Origin: Candidatus Multivoradales bacterium
GTDB taxonomy: Bacteria > Acidobacteriota > Thermoanaerobaculia > Multivoradales > Multivoraceae
Assembly: GCA_965223325.1 (NCBI GenBank)
Contig: CBDCWI010000002.1
Span: 2,752,001-2,816,000, forward strand
Length of the DNA stretch: 64,000 nt
Direction: 5' to 3'
Shown in pieces: positions 28,131-37,582 of the stretch. A program made the position numbers and the translations under genes. The notes beneath the pieces are model-generated. The model made no database searches, was not told the origin of the DNA, and worked only from the letters and a program-made list of their open reading frames with translations. Numbering within the stretch: position 1 is the first letter of the stretch; every line of letters begins with the position of its first letter.

Positions 28131-29108
28131 ATGGCTGAGCTCGTCCTTCCATCGCTCTACCGCATCGTGGTGCCGCTGCCTGGCAACCCGCTGCGCGAGA
28201 TCAATTCATACGTCATCAAGACGCGCCACCGCAACCTCGTGATCGATACAGGCATGAATCGACCCGAGTGTCGCGAGGCGTTGCTGGGCGGCCTCGAGGA
28301 GATCGGGATCGATCTCGCAAAGACCGACTTCGTCGCGACTCACCTACACGCCGACCACCACGGCTTGATCCCCGAACTCTTGGAGGACGGCTGCGGGGCC
28401 TACATGGGGCGGATCGACGCGGAAGCGATGAAGAAGCCGTTCAGTTGGGAACGTGAAAGCCCGATGGGGCAGTACCTTGGCCGAAGTGGGTTTCCGGCGC
28501 AAGAACTCGAGGCGTCATTCAAGAACCACCCGGCTTTCAAGTTTCGCTCGCAGCGACAGGTGACGTATCTGCCGCTCGACGAAGGAGACACGGTTGAGAT
28601 CGGGGACTTCTGTTTCGAGACAATCGATACGCCAGGCCACACCTTCGGGCACATCTCGCTCTACGATCGGCGCAAGAAGATCTTCTTGGCTGGCGACCAT
28701 GTGCTGGGTGACATCACGCCCAACATTCAGGCATGGTCGGATGACCACGATCCGCTGGGCCTCTTCCTGGATAGCTTGGCGAAGGTCGAAGACCTCGAAG
28801 TCGACATCTGTCTGCCGGGTCACCGCAGCCTGATTCACGACTTCCGCGCTCGAGTAGAGGAGCTCCGTGACCACCATCACGAGAGGGCGAGTGAGGCGGT
28901 CCAGGTGCTGGCGGACGGTCCGTTCAACGCCTACCAGACGGCTGCACGGATGTCCTGGTCCATCCGTGCCAAGTCTTGGGACGAATTCCCGCTGATGCAA
29001 CGCTGGTTTGCGACTGGCGAGACTATTGCGCACTTGCGCTTCCTAGAGGAGCAAGGTCAGGTCGCCCGCCAGGACAACGCGGGAGAGATTCTCTACGCCG
29101 CAGGATGA
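28131..29108 (+). CDS. MBL-fold metallo-hydrolase
   Basis: IDTG, THLHADHHG, TPGHT, GDHVL, LPGH. Confidence 0.9.
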   Translation: MAELVLPSLYRIVVPLPGNPLREINSYVIKTRHRNLVIDTGMNRPECREALLGGLEEIGIDLAKTDFVATHLHADHHGLIPELLEDGCGAYMGRIDAEAMKKPFSWERESPMGQYLGRSGFPAQELEASFKNHPAFKFRSQRQVTYLPLDEGDTVEIGDFCFETIDTPGHTFGHISLYDRRKKIFLAGDHVLGDITPNIQAWSDDHDPLGLFLDSLAKVEDLEVDICLPGHRSLIHDFRARVEELRDHHHERASEAVQVLADGPFNAYQTAARMSWSIRAKSWDEFPLMQRWFATGETIAHLRFLEEQGQVARQDNAGEILYAAG

Positions 29109-29197
29109 GCGGGGCAGTCGGCCACCTGGGTAACCGACCGAACGCTCCCGCTACACTCGTTCGATTCCTTCTCTGGTGAAACGAAAGGAGAGCTGCG

Positions 29198-30205
29198 ATG
29201 AGAGCGAGTCCGAGTGAGCCTGGCCAGGGGCGTTCCGCCCTCCTCTTGACAGCGATCGCCGCGACGTTCTTTGCAACGGCCGCGAGCTCCCAGTCAGCGG
29301 CTCCGGTGAGTAGAACGGAGTTCGACCGCTGGATGACCGAGATCTCGAACTGGGAACGCTGGGGCAAAGACGACGAACTAGGCACGCTGAACTTGATCAC
29401 GCCCGAGGAGCGCAAAGCAGCGGCTGCGTTGGTGCGCGAAGGCGTTTCGATCTCGATGGCGCTGGACCTGAACACCACCCGCGATGCCTTGAACACCAAC
29501 CCTTTCGAGCACACGCTGAGCGAAATGCAGTTTGGCGGTCATGAGGGGGCTGGCGATCGCTACAGTGTCCAATACCACGGCTTCGCGCACTCCCATATCG
29601 ACGGTTTGCCGCATTTCATTCACAAGGGCAAGATGTACAACGGCGTCGGCAGGGACGTCCTCAAACCGAGCGGTGCAGAAAAGCTCGGGATCCACAACGC
29701 CCACGCGGGAATCTTCACTCGCGGCGTACTGGTCGACATGCCCTGGTTCAAGGGAGTGGACTATCTCGAGCCGGGTACCGCGATCACGGCCGCGGATCTC
29801 GAGGCCTGGGAGAAGAAGACGGGAATCCGAGTCGGGCGCGGCGATGTGCTGCTCATTCGTACTGGGCGCTGGGAGTTGGTGCGCCATAAGGGGCAGTGGA
29901 ACTTCCTCGAAAAGGCCGCGGGCTTGCACGCTTCGGTCGCCAAATGGCTCAAGGAGCGTGACGTTGCGATCATCGGCTGTGACGGCGTGAGCGATGTGAT
30001 GCCCTCTGGCGTCGAGGGGTTGGCAAACCCGCTGCACGAGCTCGTTCTCGTCGGGCTCGGCATGCGCATTCTGGACAATCTAGATCTCGATGCCGTCGCC
30101 CGCGAGGCGCAAGCGCGCAGTCGCTGGGAGTTCCTCTTTGTCGGAGCACCATTGCGAGTCGTAGGCGGCACCGGCTCGCCGCTCAATCCGCTGGCGATTT
30201 TCTAG
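29198..30205 (+). CDS. Cyclase (kynurenine formamidase-like) family protein, secreted
   Basis: SNWERWGKDDELGTLN, HSHIDG, RGVLVD, GDVLLIRTG, LDNLDL, GGTGSPLNP. Confidence 0.88.
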   Translation: MRASPSEPGQGRSALLLTAIAATFFATAASSQSAAPVSRTEFDRWMTEISNWERWGKDDELGTLNLITPEERKAAAALVREGVSISMALDLNTTRDALNTNPFEHTLSEMQFGGHEGAGDRYSVQYHGFAHSHIDGLPHFIHKGKMYNGVGRDVLKPSGAEKLGIHNAHAGIFTRGVLVDMPWFKGVDYLEPGTAITAADLEAWEKKTGIRVGRGDVLLIRTGRWELVRHKGQWNFLEKAAGLHASVAKWLKERDVAIIGCDGVSDVMPSGVEGLANPLHELVLVGLGMRILDNLDLDAVAREAQARSRWEFLFVGAPLRVVGGTGSPLNPLAIF

Positions 30206-30272
30206 CCATCAAGACATGGCAAGCCGGTGGGTGAGGTTCCGGCCGTGTTCTCCTGGCACTGTGTGCCTAGCG

Positions 30273-30887
30273 CTACTTTTCCGGCGGACCGACCCACGGA
30301 CAAGGAGCGCGGTGCGCGTCGAGCCGGGTGACCTCCTGCCAGGTCTTGCCGCCGTCCTGGGAGTTCTCTTCGACCCGATACCAGAAGTCGTCGGACTCGA
30401 CGACGAAGGTCATGCGGCGTTTGTCCGAGGTATCGGGGTGGCTTGCCCACATATGCATCAAGCCGTCTTCGCGCACCTCTGAAGTCAGCGTGCGCACCTC
30501 GGGAACCATGGTGTGCTGCCACATGTTGAGCCACTGCCCTTCTTGTGGGTGGTACATGCGGAGATTCACGCCTCCGCTCTGAGCGGCCGCACCATCGGTT
30601 GGCGGCCGGTCGTACCAGTAGTCCGCAATCGCGTAGCCCCCGAGCGCCCAGCGACCCTCCCAGTACGCCGGCTGGAACCGCTTGCTCCAGGTTCCGTCGG
30701 CGAGTTTTCGCCGTGCCTTGATGTCCCAGTTGCCTACCATGAAGGCGAACTGCTCGAGCTCGGAGTGGGCTTCTGGATGTCTCGACCCCATCTCGCAAGG
30801 CTGGAGAGCGACGGGTTCTGAGATCGCTGGATTCTGGGGAACGAGTGCGACGAGAAGAACGAGGGGTGCGATGCGAATGGCAAGCAT
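30273..30887 (-). CDS. Secreted hypothetical protein (DUF1579-like beta-barrel)
   Basis: Signal peptide, QFAFMVGNW, SQDGGKTW; AGGAG RBS. Confidence 0.65.
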   Translation of the reverse strand: MLAIRIAPLVLLVALVPQNPAISEPVALQPCEMGSRHPEAHSELEQFAFMVGNWDIKARRKLADGTWSKRFQPAYWEGRWALGGYAIADYWYDRPPTDGAAAQSGGVNLRMYHPQEGQWLNMWQHTMVPEVRTLTSEVREDGLMHMWASHPDTSDKRRMTFVVESDDFWYRVEENSQDGGKTWQEVTRLDAHRAPCPWVGPPEK

Positions 30888-30964
30888 TGCCGATCTCCTG
30901 ACTTTCTAGCCGTAAGAGTCGAGCGGCTGGACGGCCACCCGTACCCGCCGCGAAGCGAAAACGA

Positions 30965-31000
30965 TTCCCTCACGGCTGCCGGTCGGCAGCCGGGAGGGAA
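30965..31000 (-). terminator. GC-rich hairpin, possible intrinsic terminator
   Basis: ttccctc-a-cggctgccg / cggcagccg-ggagggaa stem followed on the minus strand by TCGTTTT. Confidence 0.5.
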
Positions 31001-31240
31001 CTGCTTGTGGGACCTCTGGTATCGAACGACCAGAGAAGACAGGAGTTCCGCGCTTCGACCACCCTGCCTCGAACTGAAGCGGCCTGCCAAGCTTCAGAAG
31101 CATTGGCATGGCGGCAGGTCCCCCGAGTTGGCACTCTAGTGGCCCTGCCGCTCCTCCTCGTCGTGGGGTTGGCGGCAGTCGAGGAGACCTACCTCTGCCT
31201 GTTGTTCCCCCCGGCCGGCGCCCAACGCTCCACGGAACTG

Positions 31241-32053
31241 TTAGCGGTTTCGGACTCGCACGCCGCCGTTAGTGGTCTCGAGGCGAATCGGCGCCCCGCC
31301 CGACCCGAGGGTGGCGCGGATGTGCTTGTTGATCTTTCCCGAAACCTCGACCGGAAAGGCGATTTCGATCGGGCCATTGGTGGTCTCGGTGTCGAGCTCC
31401 GCCGAGTAGCCTTCGGGAACGAGGAGGTCGATGCCACCGTTCGTGGTCTCGAGCTCGAGCCCCTCGCCGCGCCATGAGTGGCCGTCGAGCTTGACGCTCA
31501 GACCGCCGTTTAGCGTCTCGCCGATGACATCACCACCGACATCGCGGAGCGCGATGCCTCCGTTCTTGGTGGCCAGCCGAAGCCGCCCCTCGACCCCGGC
31601 CACTTCGATACCGCCGTTGAACGCCTCGAGGTTCAGGTCATAACCGCTCGGTACCTGGGCTTCGAAACCCACCGCCCAGTTTTTCCCCGGGCCCGTCGCG
31701 GTGACGGAACCGTTTTGAACCCGGATCTCGATGTCCGCTGGATCGGTGCCCTTCCAGGCCGAGACCTTGGCCACCAGCTCGACGTCTGCCCGCGAAGAAC
31801 CGACGACTTTCAGACCGCCGTTGCGGTTGCCGTCGATCTCGAGCTCGCCAACCGCCGGCAGGGTCACCCAGCGCTTCTGACAGGCCTTGCCGCGCTCGCT
31901 GCCTCCGCGACAACGCACATCCTCACTCTGCCAATCCTGCGCGACCGTAGGCGCAGCGGCGAGGCCGGCGGCCAAGAGGGTAAGGGTTGCCGTGCAGAAA
32001 CCGGACCTTCGGCTTGTCTTTCTGGCCGGATCGCAAGGGGTTCGAAACAGCAT
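31241..32053 (-). CDS. DUF4097-like beta-strand repeat protein
   Basis: Repeated xTxNGGI motifs (AFNGGI, TKNGGI, TLNGGL, TTNGGI, TTNGPI, TTNGGV) after a signal peptide; start taken at MLFRTP. Confidence 0.85.
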   Translation of the reverse strand: MLFRTPCDPARKTSRRSGFCTATLTLLAAGLAAAPTVAQDWQSEDVRCRGGSERGKACQKRWVTLPAVGELEIDGNRNGGLKVVGSSRADVELVAKVSAWKGTDPADIEIRVQNGSVTATGPGKNWAVGFEAQVPSGYDLNLEAFNGGIEVAGVEGRLRLATKNGGIALRDVGGDVIGETLNGGLSVKLDGHSWRGEGLELETTNGGIDLLVPEGYSAELDTETTNGPIEIAFPVEVSGKINKHIRATLGSGGAPIRLETTNGGVRVRNR

Positions 32054-32227
32054 CGCTGGATTCTCCTCGGTAGTTTCGAGAGTAGACACCCTCTCGCTGC
32101 AGCCGTTACGCCATTCCCCTCCGGTGGGTGGACGGAGTATTGAGCGGAAGGCTCTAGAATCCGAAAAGATCGCTATGCTGCACGGCCCGTGGCTCGAACG
32201 CGGACCGGAAGTCCAAGGAGAACGCTC

Positions 32228-32878
32228 ATGCCCCTGTTCAGAACACCCAGCATGCCGACCCCCGAACAGGCTCTTCCTGGCCGGTCGGAGATGATGCCGG
32301 TGCCGGAGAAGCACTTCGTGCTCGGCAGGCCGCTCGTCGGCCCGTATCCAGACGACACCGAGGTCATTCAGCTCGGCATGGGCTGCTTCTGGGGCGCCGA
32401 ACGCCTGTTCTGGACCCAGCCGGGTGTCTTTACCACCGCCGTCGGCTACGCCGGTGGGCACACCCCCAACCCCACCTACAAGGAGGTCTGCAGCGGCGGC
32501 ACCGGTCATACCGAAGTCGTGCTGGTGGTCTGGAAGCCGCGGGAGATCTCGCTGGCGCAGATCCTGGCGGGGTTCTGGGAAGGTCACGACCCAACCCAGG
32601 GGATGCGACAAGGAAACGACCGTGGCACGCAGTACCGCTCAGCGATCTACACCTCGAGCGCTGCCCAGCTCGAGCTCGCCCACACCACCCGCGACAGTTA
32701 TCAGGAGAAGCTCAGAGAGTCCGGCTACGGCGAAATCACCACCGAGATTCGCGCCGCCCCAGACTTCTACTTCGCCGAGGAGTACCACCAGCAGTATCTC
32801 GCCAAGAACCCCAACGGCTACTGCGGTATCGGCGGTACCGGAGTGTCCTGCCCCATCTCCCTGGGCGTGCCCGGGTAG
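32228..32878 (+). CDS. msrA: Peptide methionine sulfoxide reductase A
   Basis: [40 protein letters not shown]; AGGAG RBS. Confidence 0.97.
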   Translation: MPLFRTPSMPTPEQALPGRSEMMPVPEKHFVLGRPLVGPYPDDTEVIQLGMGCFWGAERLFWTQPGVFTTAVGYAGGHTPNPTYKEVCSGGTGHTEVVLVVWKPREISLAQILAGFWEGHDPTQGMRQGNDRGTQYRSAIYTSSAAQLELAHTTRDSYQEKLRESGYGEITTEIRAAPDFYFAEEYHQQYLAKNPNGYCGIGGTGVSCPISLGVPG

Positions 32879-32888
32879 GCTAGAGGGT

Positions 32889-33878
32889 TCACGGCGAAAA
32901 CAGGGCGCGCTGGCGGCGGGCCAGCTCGCGGTCACCGCGGGCGTCGATCGCATCGCCTACCCGCGCGCACAGGTCTTCGTTGTGGCGATGAATCGCCAGC
33001 GCTTCGAGTGCCAGCGAAGCCCGGCGTGAACTACCGCTCTCGATCTGGCCGAGAAGAAACGCCAACGCCTCTTCCCTCCGCATCGCCGAGAGTCCCGCGA
33101 GCACCGGTGCCTCGAGCTCGGAGCGCTCCTCGAGCGCCTGGGTCAGCACATCGAACGCCGCCTCAAGGCGCGACGCGCCCAGTGCATGCGCAACCTGGCC
33201 GGCGACCTCCGCGTCGCCCGATGCCACCAGCTCTTCGGCGATCGCCAGGCCACGGTCCGGCGCAATCTGTAGGAGGCCCGCAGCCGTCTGGTAGATGACC
33301 TCACTCTCGTCGTCGCCACACAGGGTCTTGTGCACCAACAGCGCCTCGGCACCGTAGGCTCCACTGGCAGCAATTGCTCTCGCCGCTTGAACGCGCGCAC
33401 CGGGTTCGGGGTCTGCCAGGAGGCGGGCAAGCTCGAACAAGATTCCTCCGTAGCCAATCGCCACCAGGCCATTGGCACAGGCCGCGCGCAGCTCGATCGC
33501 GGTATCGACCTTGCCACCGAAGACCGGCTCCATCTGCACGTGGCGGATACCCGTCAAGAGAACGTCCTGGTCGGCCGGCGTGCCGGCTTCGTCGAGCGCC
33601 ATCATCGCCTCGATGATCGCCAGTTTGGTGACGCAATTCGGGTCGCGCTTGAGAGGCTCTTCGAGTCTCCTCGTGAACTCTTCGGCCAGGCGCGGGGCAA
33701 GCTCGGCCAGACCGGCCTCGGCAATGGCCACCGCCGCCCGCGACCCTACGTAGCCACTCCGCGAGCCAAGTAGTTTGTCGAGTTCGGCAATCGCGCCGCT
33801 GCGATCGTCTGCATCTGCAGCGAGAAGCGCGCGCAACTCTTTGACCCGCTCGAGCTGGCGCTCGGTGACTTTCGACAT
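32889..33878 (-). CDS. HEAT/PBS-repeat protein
   Basis: All-helical repeats (LLADPEPGARVQAARAI, VAHALGASRLEAAFDVL); DTAIELRAACA motif. Confidence 0.7.
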   Translation of the reverse strand: MSKVTERQLERVKELRALLAADADDRSGAIAELDKLLGSRSGYVGSRAAVAIAEAGLAELAPRLAEEFTRRLEEPLKRDPNCVTKLAIIEAMMALDEAGTPADQDVLLTGIRHVQMEPVFGGKVDTAIELRAACANGLVAIGYGGILFELARLLADPEPGARVQAARAIAASGAYGAEALLVHKTLCGDDESEVIYQTAAGLLQIAPDRGLAIAEELVASGDAEVAGQVAHALGASRLEAAFDVLTQALEERSELEAPVLAGLSAMRREEALAFLLGQIESGSSRRASLALEALAIHRHNEDLCARVGDAIDARGDRELARRQRALFSP

Positions 33879-33946
33879 GACCGCCCGAGCGTACCGCTTG
33901 CAGCCCAAGGGCCCCACGCCCTTCGCTCTCGGGTTATCGTCTTCGG

Positions 33947-34912
33947 GTGCCGCTCTCAGTCCCCAAACAGCAGCCCCTGGTCGTGCGTCTGCCGAACGCT
34001 GTCGGCGACGTCGTGATGACCGAACCAACCCTCGACTGGCTCACGCAACAGGGTTTCGAAGTCCATGCAATCGGCCCGGGTTGGGCACCACAACTGCTCT
34101 CCCATCTAGACGCCAGGCTCTACCCACTTCCCTCGAGTAGCCAGGAGTGGGCCGACCTCCGCGAGGGCACCGCCGCTTCAGATGCCCTGCTCTTTCGCTC
34201 TTCGTTCCGAAGCTCACAAGAGCTCCGCAGTGCAGGGTTCCGCTGCATTGGTTTCCGGACCGACATGCGCTCGCTCTTGCTCTGGAAGTCGATGCGCCGG
34301 CCCCGCGGTCGCCACAAGATCGAGGAGTACCACGCCCTTGCCACCTACGCCGAAGCCGCCATTCGGGGAAGCGCGCGCAAACAGGACCGCGTCCGCCCGC
34401 CCGTCATTCCAGTTTCGGCAGCCGCCCACCAGAGAGCGCGGGAAAAGACAAACGCTCGTAACCTCGAACCGAACGAGCCCTACGTGGTCTGCTGCCCAAC
34501 CGTCTCAGGCCGCCATCCCGCCGGCTTCAAACTATGGCCGCACTTTCCTACCTTCTACCAACTCCTCGAGAACGAAAACATCACCGCCGTCACCTGCCCC
34601 GGCCCCGAGGAAGAAGAACGACTCGCCGCCTGCCAACCGCGCGGACACGTCGTCCCTGGAGCGACGCTCGACGAACTGGCCGCAATCCTCCAGGGCGCCC
34701 GGGCCGTGGTCTCCAATGACACCGGAACCATGCACCTGGCCACTGCCACCGGCACGCCGACTCTGGGACTGTTCGGCGACACCTCCCCGCAGCGCTACTA
34801 CCCCTATGGCGAGAACGGTCACGTCCTGGGAGAGAAAGGCGCCTGGCCAGAAGTGGAAGAGGTGTTGGGATGGGTGAGAGCGAAGCTCGAAGCGAATAGA
34901 ATGAGGCGGTGA
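33947..34912 (+). CDS. Glycosyltransferase family 9 (heptosyltransferase-like)
   Basis: VVRLPNAVGDVVM, KLWP, LDELAAIL, VSNDTGTMHLATATGTPTLGLFG. Confidence 0.9.
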   Translation: MPLSVPKQQPLVVRLPNAVGDVVMTEPTLDWLTQQGFEVHAIGPGWAPQLLSHLDARLYPLPSSSQEWADLREGTAASDALLFRSSFRSSQELRSAGFRCIGFRTDMRSLLLWKSMRRPRGRHKIEEYHALATYAEAAIRGSARKQDRVRPPVIPVSAAAHQRAREKTNARNLEPNEPYVVCCPTVSGRHPAGFKLWPHFPTFYQLLENENITAVTCPGPEEEERLAACQPRGHVVPGATLDELAAILQGARAVVSNDTGTMHLATATGTPTLGLFGDTSPQRYYPYGENGHVLGEKGAWPEVEEVLGWVRAKLEANRMRR

Positions 34913-35175
34913 ATGCCGAAGAGAAGGCCTCGTCAAACGACACGAGTGAGGCCCGCGAACAGCGACGACGAGCACGTCATGAGTGGCCAATCCGCAGATT
35001 CCGCCTCGGCGACGAGCCGTCAGAGGACCTGAGGAGCAGCACGACGCCGAGCGAACGCCTTGCAATGGTCTGGGAGCTCAGCGTTCGCGCATGGCGTCTG
35101 GCCGGCAGAGAGATTCCCGACTACGAGCGCCACAACATGCCCGGCAGGCTCGTGAGATCGAGTGACCCGCGTTGA
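34909..35175 (+). CDS. Small hypothetical protein, partner of the downstream nucleotidyltransferase
   Basis: 88 aa with TPSERLAMVWEL; 4-bp overlaps with both neighbours. Confidence 0.65.
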   Translation: MNAEEKASSNDTSEAREQRRRARHEWPIRRFRLGDEPSEDLRSSTTPSERLAMVWELSVRAWRLAGREIPDYERHNMPGRLVRSSDPR

Positions 35176-35636
35176 ACGTACCGATACTCCACGAGGATTC
35201 TCGCGATCTTCTGAGTTGCCTGCTCGACTTCGGCGTCCGCTTTCTGATCGTCGGTGCGCACGCGATGGCCGTGCACGGGGTTCCAAGGGCGACCGGTGAT
35301 CTCGACATTCTGGTGGCTCCCGAATCGGCAAACGCCGCCCGCCTGGTCAGAGCTCTGCAACACTTCGGAGCTCCGCTCGACGCTCATGCGATCACGCAGA
35401 GTGACTTCGAAGTGCCGGGCGCCGTCTACCAGATGGGCCTTCCGCCGCGGCGCATCGACGTCATGACGTCGATCGACGGCGTCGATTTCGACGAAGCAGA
35501 ACAAACTGCGATCCGGGCCGAAATCGACGGGCTCGTCCTTCCAGTTCTGGGGCGGGCGCAGCTACTCGCCAACAAGCTCGCGGCTGGTCGCCCCAAAGAC
35601 CTCGTCGACGCCAGGCTGCTCGAAAACGGCGACTAA
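35172..35636 (+). CDS. Minimal nucleotidyltransferase-fold protein
   Basis: VGAHAMAVHGVPRATGDLD, RIDV, NKLAAGRPKDLVD. Confidence 0.82.
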   Translation: MNVPILHEDSRDLLSCLLDFGVRFLIVGAHAMAVHGVPRATGDLDILVAPESANAARLVRALQHFGAPLDAHAITQSDFEVPGAVYQMGLPPRRIDVMTSIDGVDFDEAEQTAIRAEIDGLVLPVLGRAQLLANKLAAGRPKDLVDARLLENGD

Positions 35637-36234
35637 CCGACCTGGTCCCCCGCGCCGGCGGGACAAGCCTCGAGATACCGGCCTGAGGATGTACCGATGC
35701 GTAAAAGGCGCTGCGAACTCCCGCATCCGTGGTGGGGTACATCCTCCGGCCGGTAACCCGCTACAGTTCAAGGTCGGTGCCAGCCATCCCGAAGCGCCGC
35801 CGCAGGAACCGTGAGACCTCGAAAAGCCCCGCAGCACAAGGGCTCTACGCCGTCGTTCGCGCCCCGGCCTTGGACGCGGAGGGCGAAGAACGAACGGTTT
35901 TCTGAATTCCATCGCCGCCGACAAAGGGCAGCTCGAACCTCCTTGCAGTTCGTCCCTCGTCCCCAGCGAACCGTCCCATCCAATCCCTTTCAAATCCCCG
36001 GGAACGTCGATTCCGCGATTCGGAGATTTGAACCAGAGAACCGTTTCGAGATCTGGGTCACGTCTGCCTGAGCCCCATAAAACCTACCTCCTGTGGGGAT
36101 CAGGACGTCGCGGCTCGGTCTGCGGCATCCAACGGAATGAACTCCATGGGACGGGCGCCGCGGTACGCTCCGGGCAACGTCTTCGCGTCTCGATCCGCGC
36201 TCAGTTGACCGAATCTCCCATCGAAGGAGTTGCC

Positions 36235-37575
36235 ATGGGTCTCACACGCCGTCGCTTTCTCGAAACCACCGGTCACGCACTGGCCGCCAGCGCACTGGCG
36301 CCGGGAGCGCTGGCGGCTCAGGCACCGAAACAGCGTGTCGCTGTCGTGGGCACGGGGGTGCGCGGGGTCGGGCTCTGGGGCCGGGAGCTGCTGGCCGAAC
36401 AGTCCGATGTCGTCGACCTCGTCGGCTTGGCGGACATCAACCCTGGCCGGCTGGCCACCGCGCACCGTTGGCTGGCCGTCCCCGACCTGCCGACCTTCAC
36501 CGACCTCGGCACCATGATCGAAGACACCAGGCCCGACCGACTGATCGTCACCACCCGTGACGACACCCATCACGAGCAGATCATCCAGGCGATGGAGAGC
36601 GGCGTCGACGTGATCACCGAGAAGCCGCTGACGACCGACCCGAGCCGCCTGAGGAGAATCGTCGAAGCGCAACAGCGCACCGGCCGCGACATCGTGGTCA
36701 CCCACAACTACCGCTACTCCCCGCATCGCCAGCAGATGAAAGAGATCTTGCAGTCTGGAGAGATCGGCCAGCTGACCTCGGTCGACTTTCACTGGTACCT
36801 CGACATCTACCACGGCGCCGCCTACTTTCGTCGCTGGCATGGCAAGGAGCGATTCTCTGGGTCGCTCTGGGTCCACAAGGCCTGCCACCACTTCGATCTG
36901 CTCAACTGGTGGATCGAATCAGACCCCGAGCTCGTGTTCGCGTTCCACAATCGTGAGTTCTACGGCAGCAACGGCCCCTACCGGAGCGACAAGTGTCGCG
37001 GTTGCCCACACGCTTCCGAGTGCGACTTCTTCTGGGACATCACAAAGAGCGAACGCCTCACCGAGCTCTACACGAAGAACGAGCACCACGACGGCTACAT
37101 TCGCGACGGCTGCGTCTTCGCCGACGACATCGACATCCCCGACAAGATGGCGGGCACGATTCGCTACGCCAACGGAGTCCAGGTCTCCTACTCGCTGACC
37201 ACCTACTCCCCCTACGAGGGCTACCGGATTGCGTTCAACGGCACCAAAGGACGGCTCGAGGCCTGGATCAAGGAGCGCCAACCCTGGGAAGAGCCCGAGA
37301 AGGACACCCTGCGCGTCACCACCAACTTCGGAGAAACGCGCACTATCGACATTCCGCACTCGAGTGGCGGCCACGGCGGTGGTGATACCCGCATGCAGAA
37401 CCGCATCTTTCGCCAGCGCAACGAGCCAGACCCTCTGCGCCAGGCCGCGGGACTGAGAGATGGCGCCATGGCGGTCTTGATTGGTTTCGCTGCACGCAAG
37501 AGCGGCAAGACCAACCAGCCGGTGCGCATCGCAGACATTGGGCCCTACACACCGCACCCGACCCGCGGGTTCTGA
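36235..37575 (+). CDS. Gfo/Idh/MocA oxidoreductase with Tat signal
   Basis: TRRRFL Tat motif, VGTGVRG, EKP, HNYRY, YFRRWH, HKACHHFD, GHGGGD. Confidence 0.92.
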   Translation: MGLTRRRFLETTGHALAASALAPGALAAQAPKQRVAVVGTGVRGVGLWGRELLAEQSDVVDLVGLADINPGRLATAHRWLAVPDLPTFTDLGTMIEDTRPDRLIVTTRDDTHHEQIIQAMESGVDVITEKPLTTDPSRLRRIVEAQQRTGRDIVVTHNYRYSPHRQQMKEILQSGEIGQLTSVDFHWYLDIYHGAAYFRRWHGKERFSGSLWVHKACHHFDLLNWWIESDPELVFAFHNREFYGSNGPYRSDKCRGCPHASECDFFWDITKSERLTELYTKNEHHDGYIRDGCVFADDIDIPDKMAGTIRYANGVQVSYSLTTYSPYEGYRIAFNGTKGRLEAWIKERQPWEEPEKDTLRVTTNFGETRTIDIPHSSGGHGGGDTRMQNRIFRQRNEPDPLRQAAGLRDGAMAVLIGFAARKSGKTNQPVRIADIGPYTPHPTRGF

Positions 37576-37582
37576 GTTGCAG

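Noticed and set aside
30888-30975. Cobalamin riboswitch (AGTCAGGAGA, GAGGGAA on minus strand)
   Set aside because: No GCCACTG, GGGAAG or CCCGC.ACTGT core; AGGAG is simply the RBS.
31128-31146. CIRCE element (TTGGCACTC)
   Set aside because: Only one half-site and no chaperone gene nearby.
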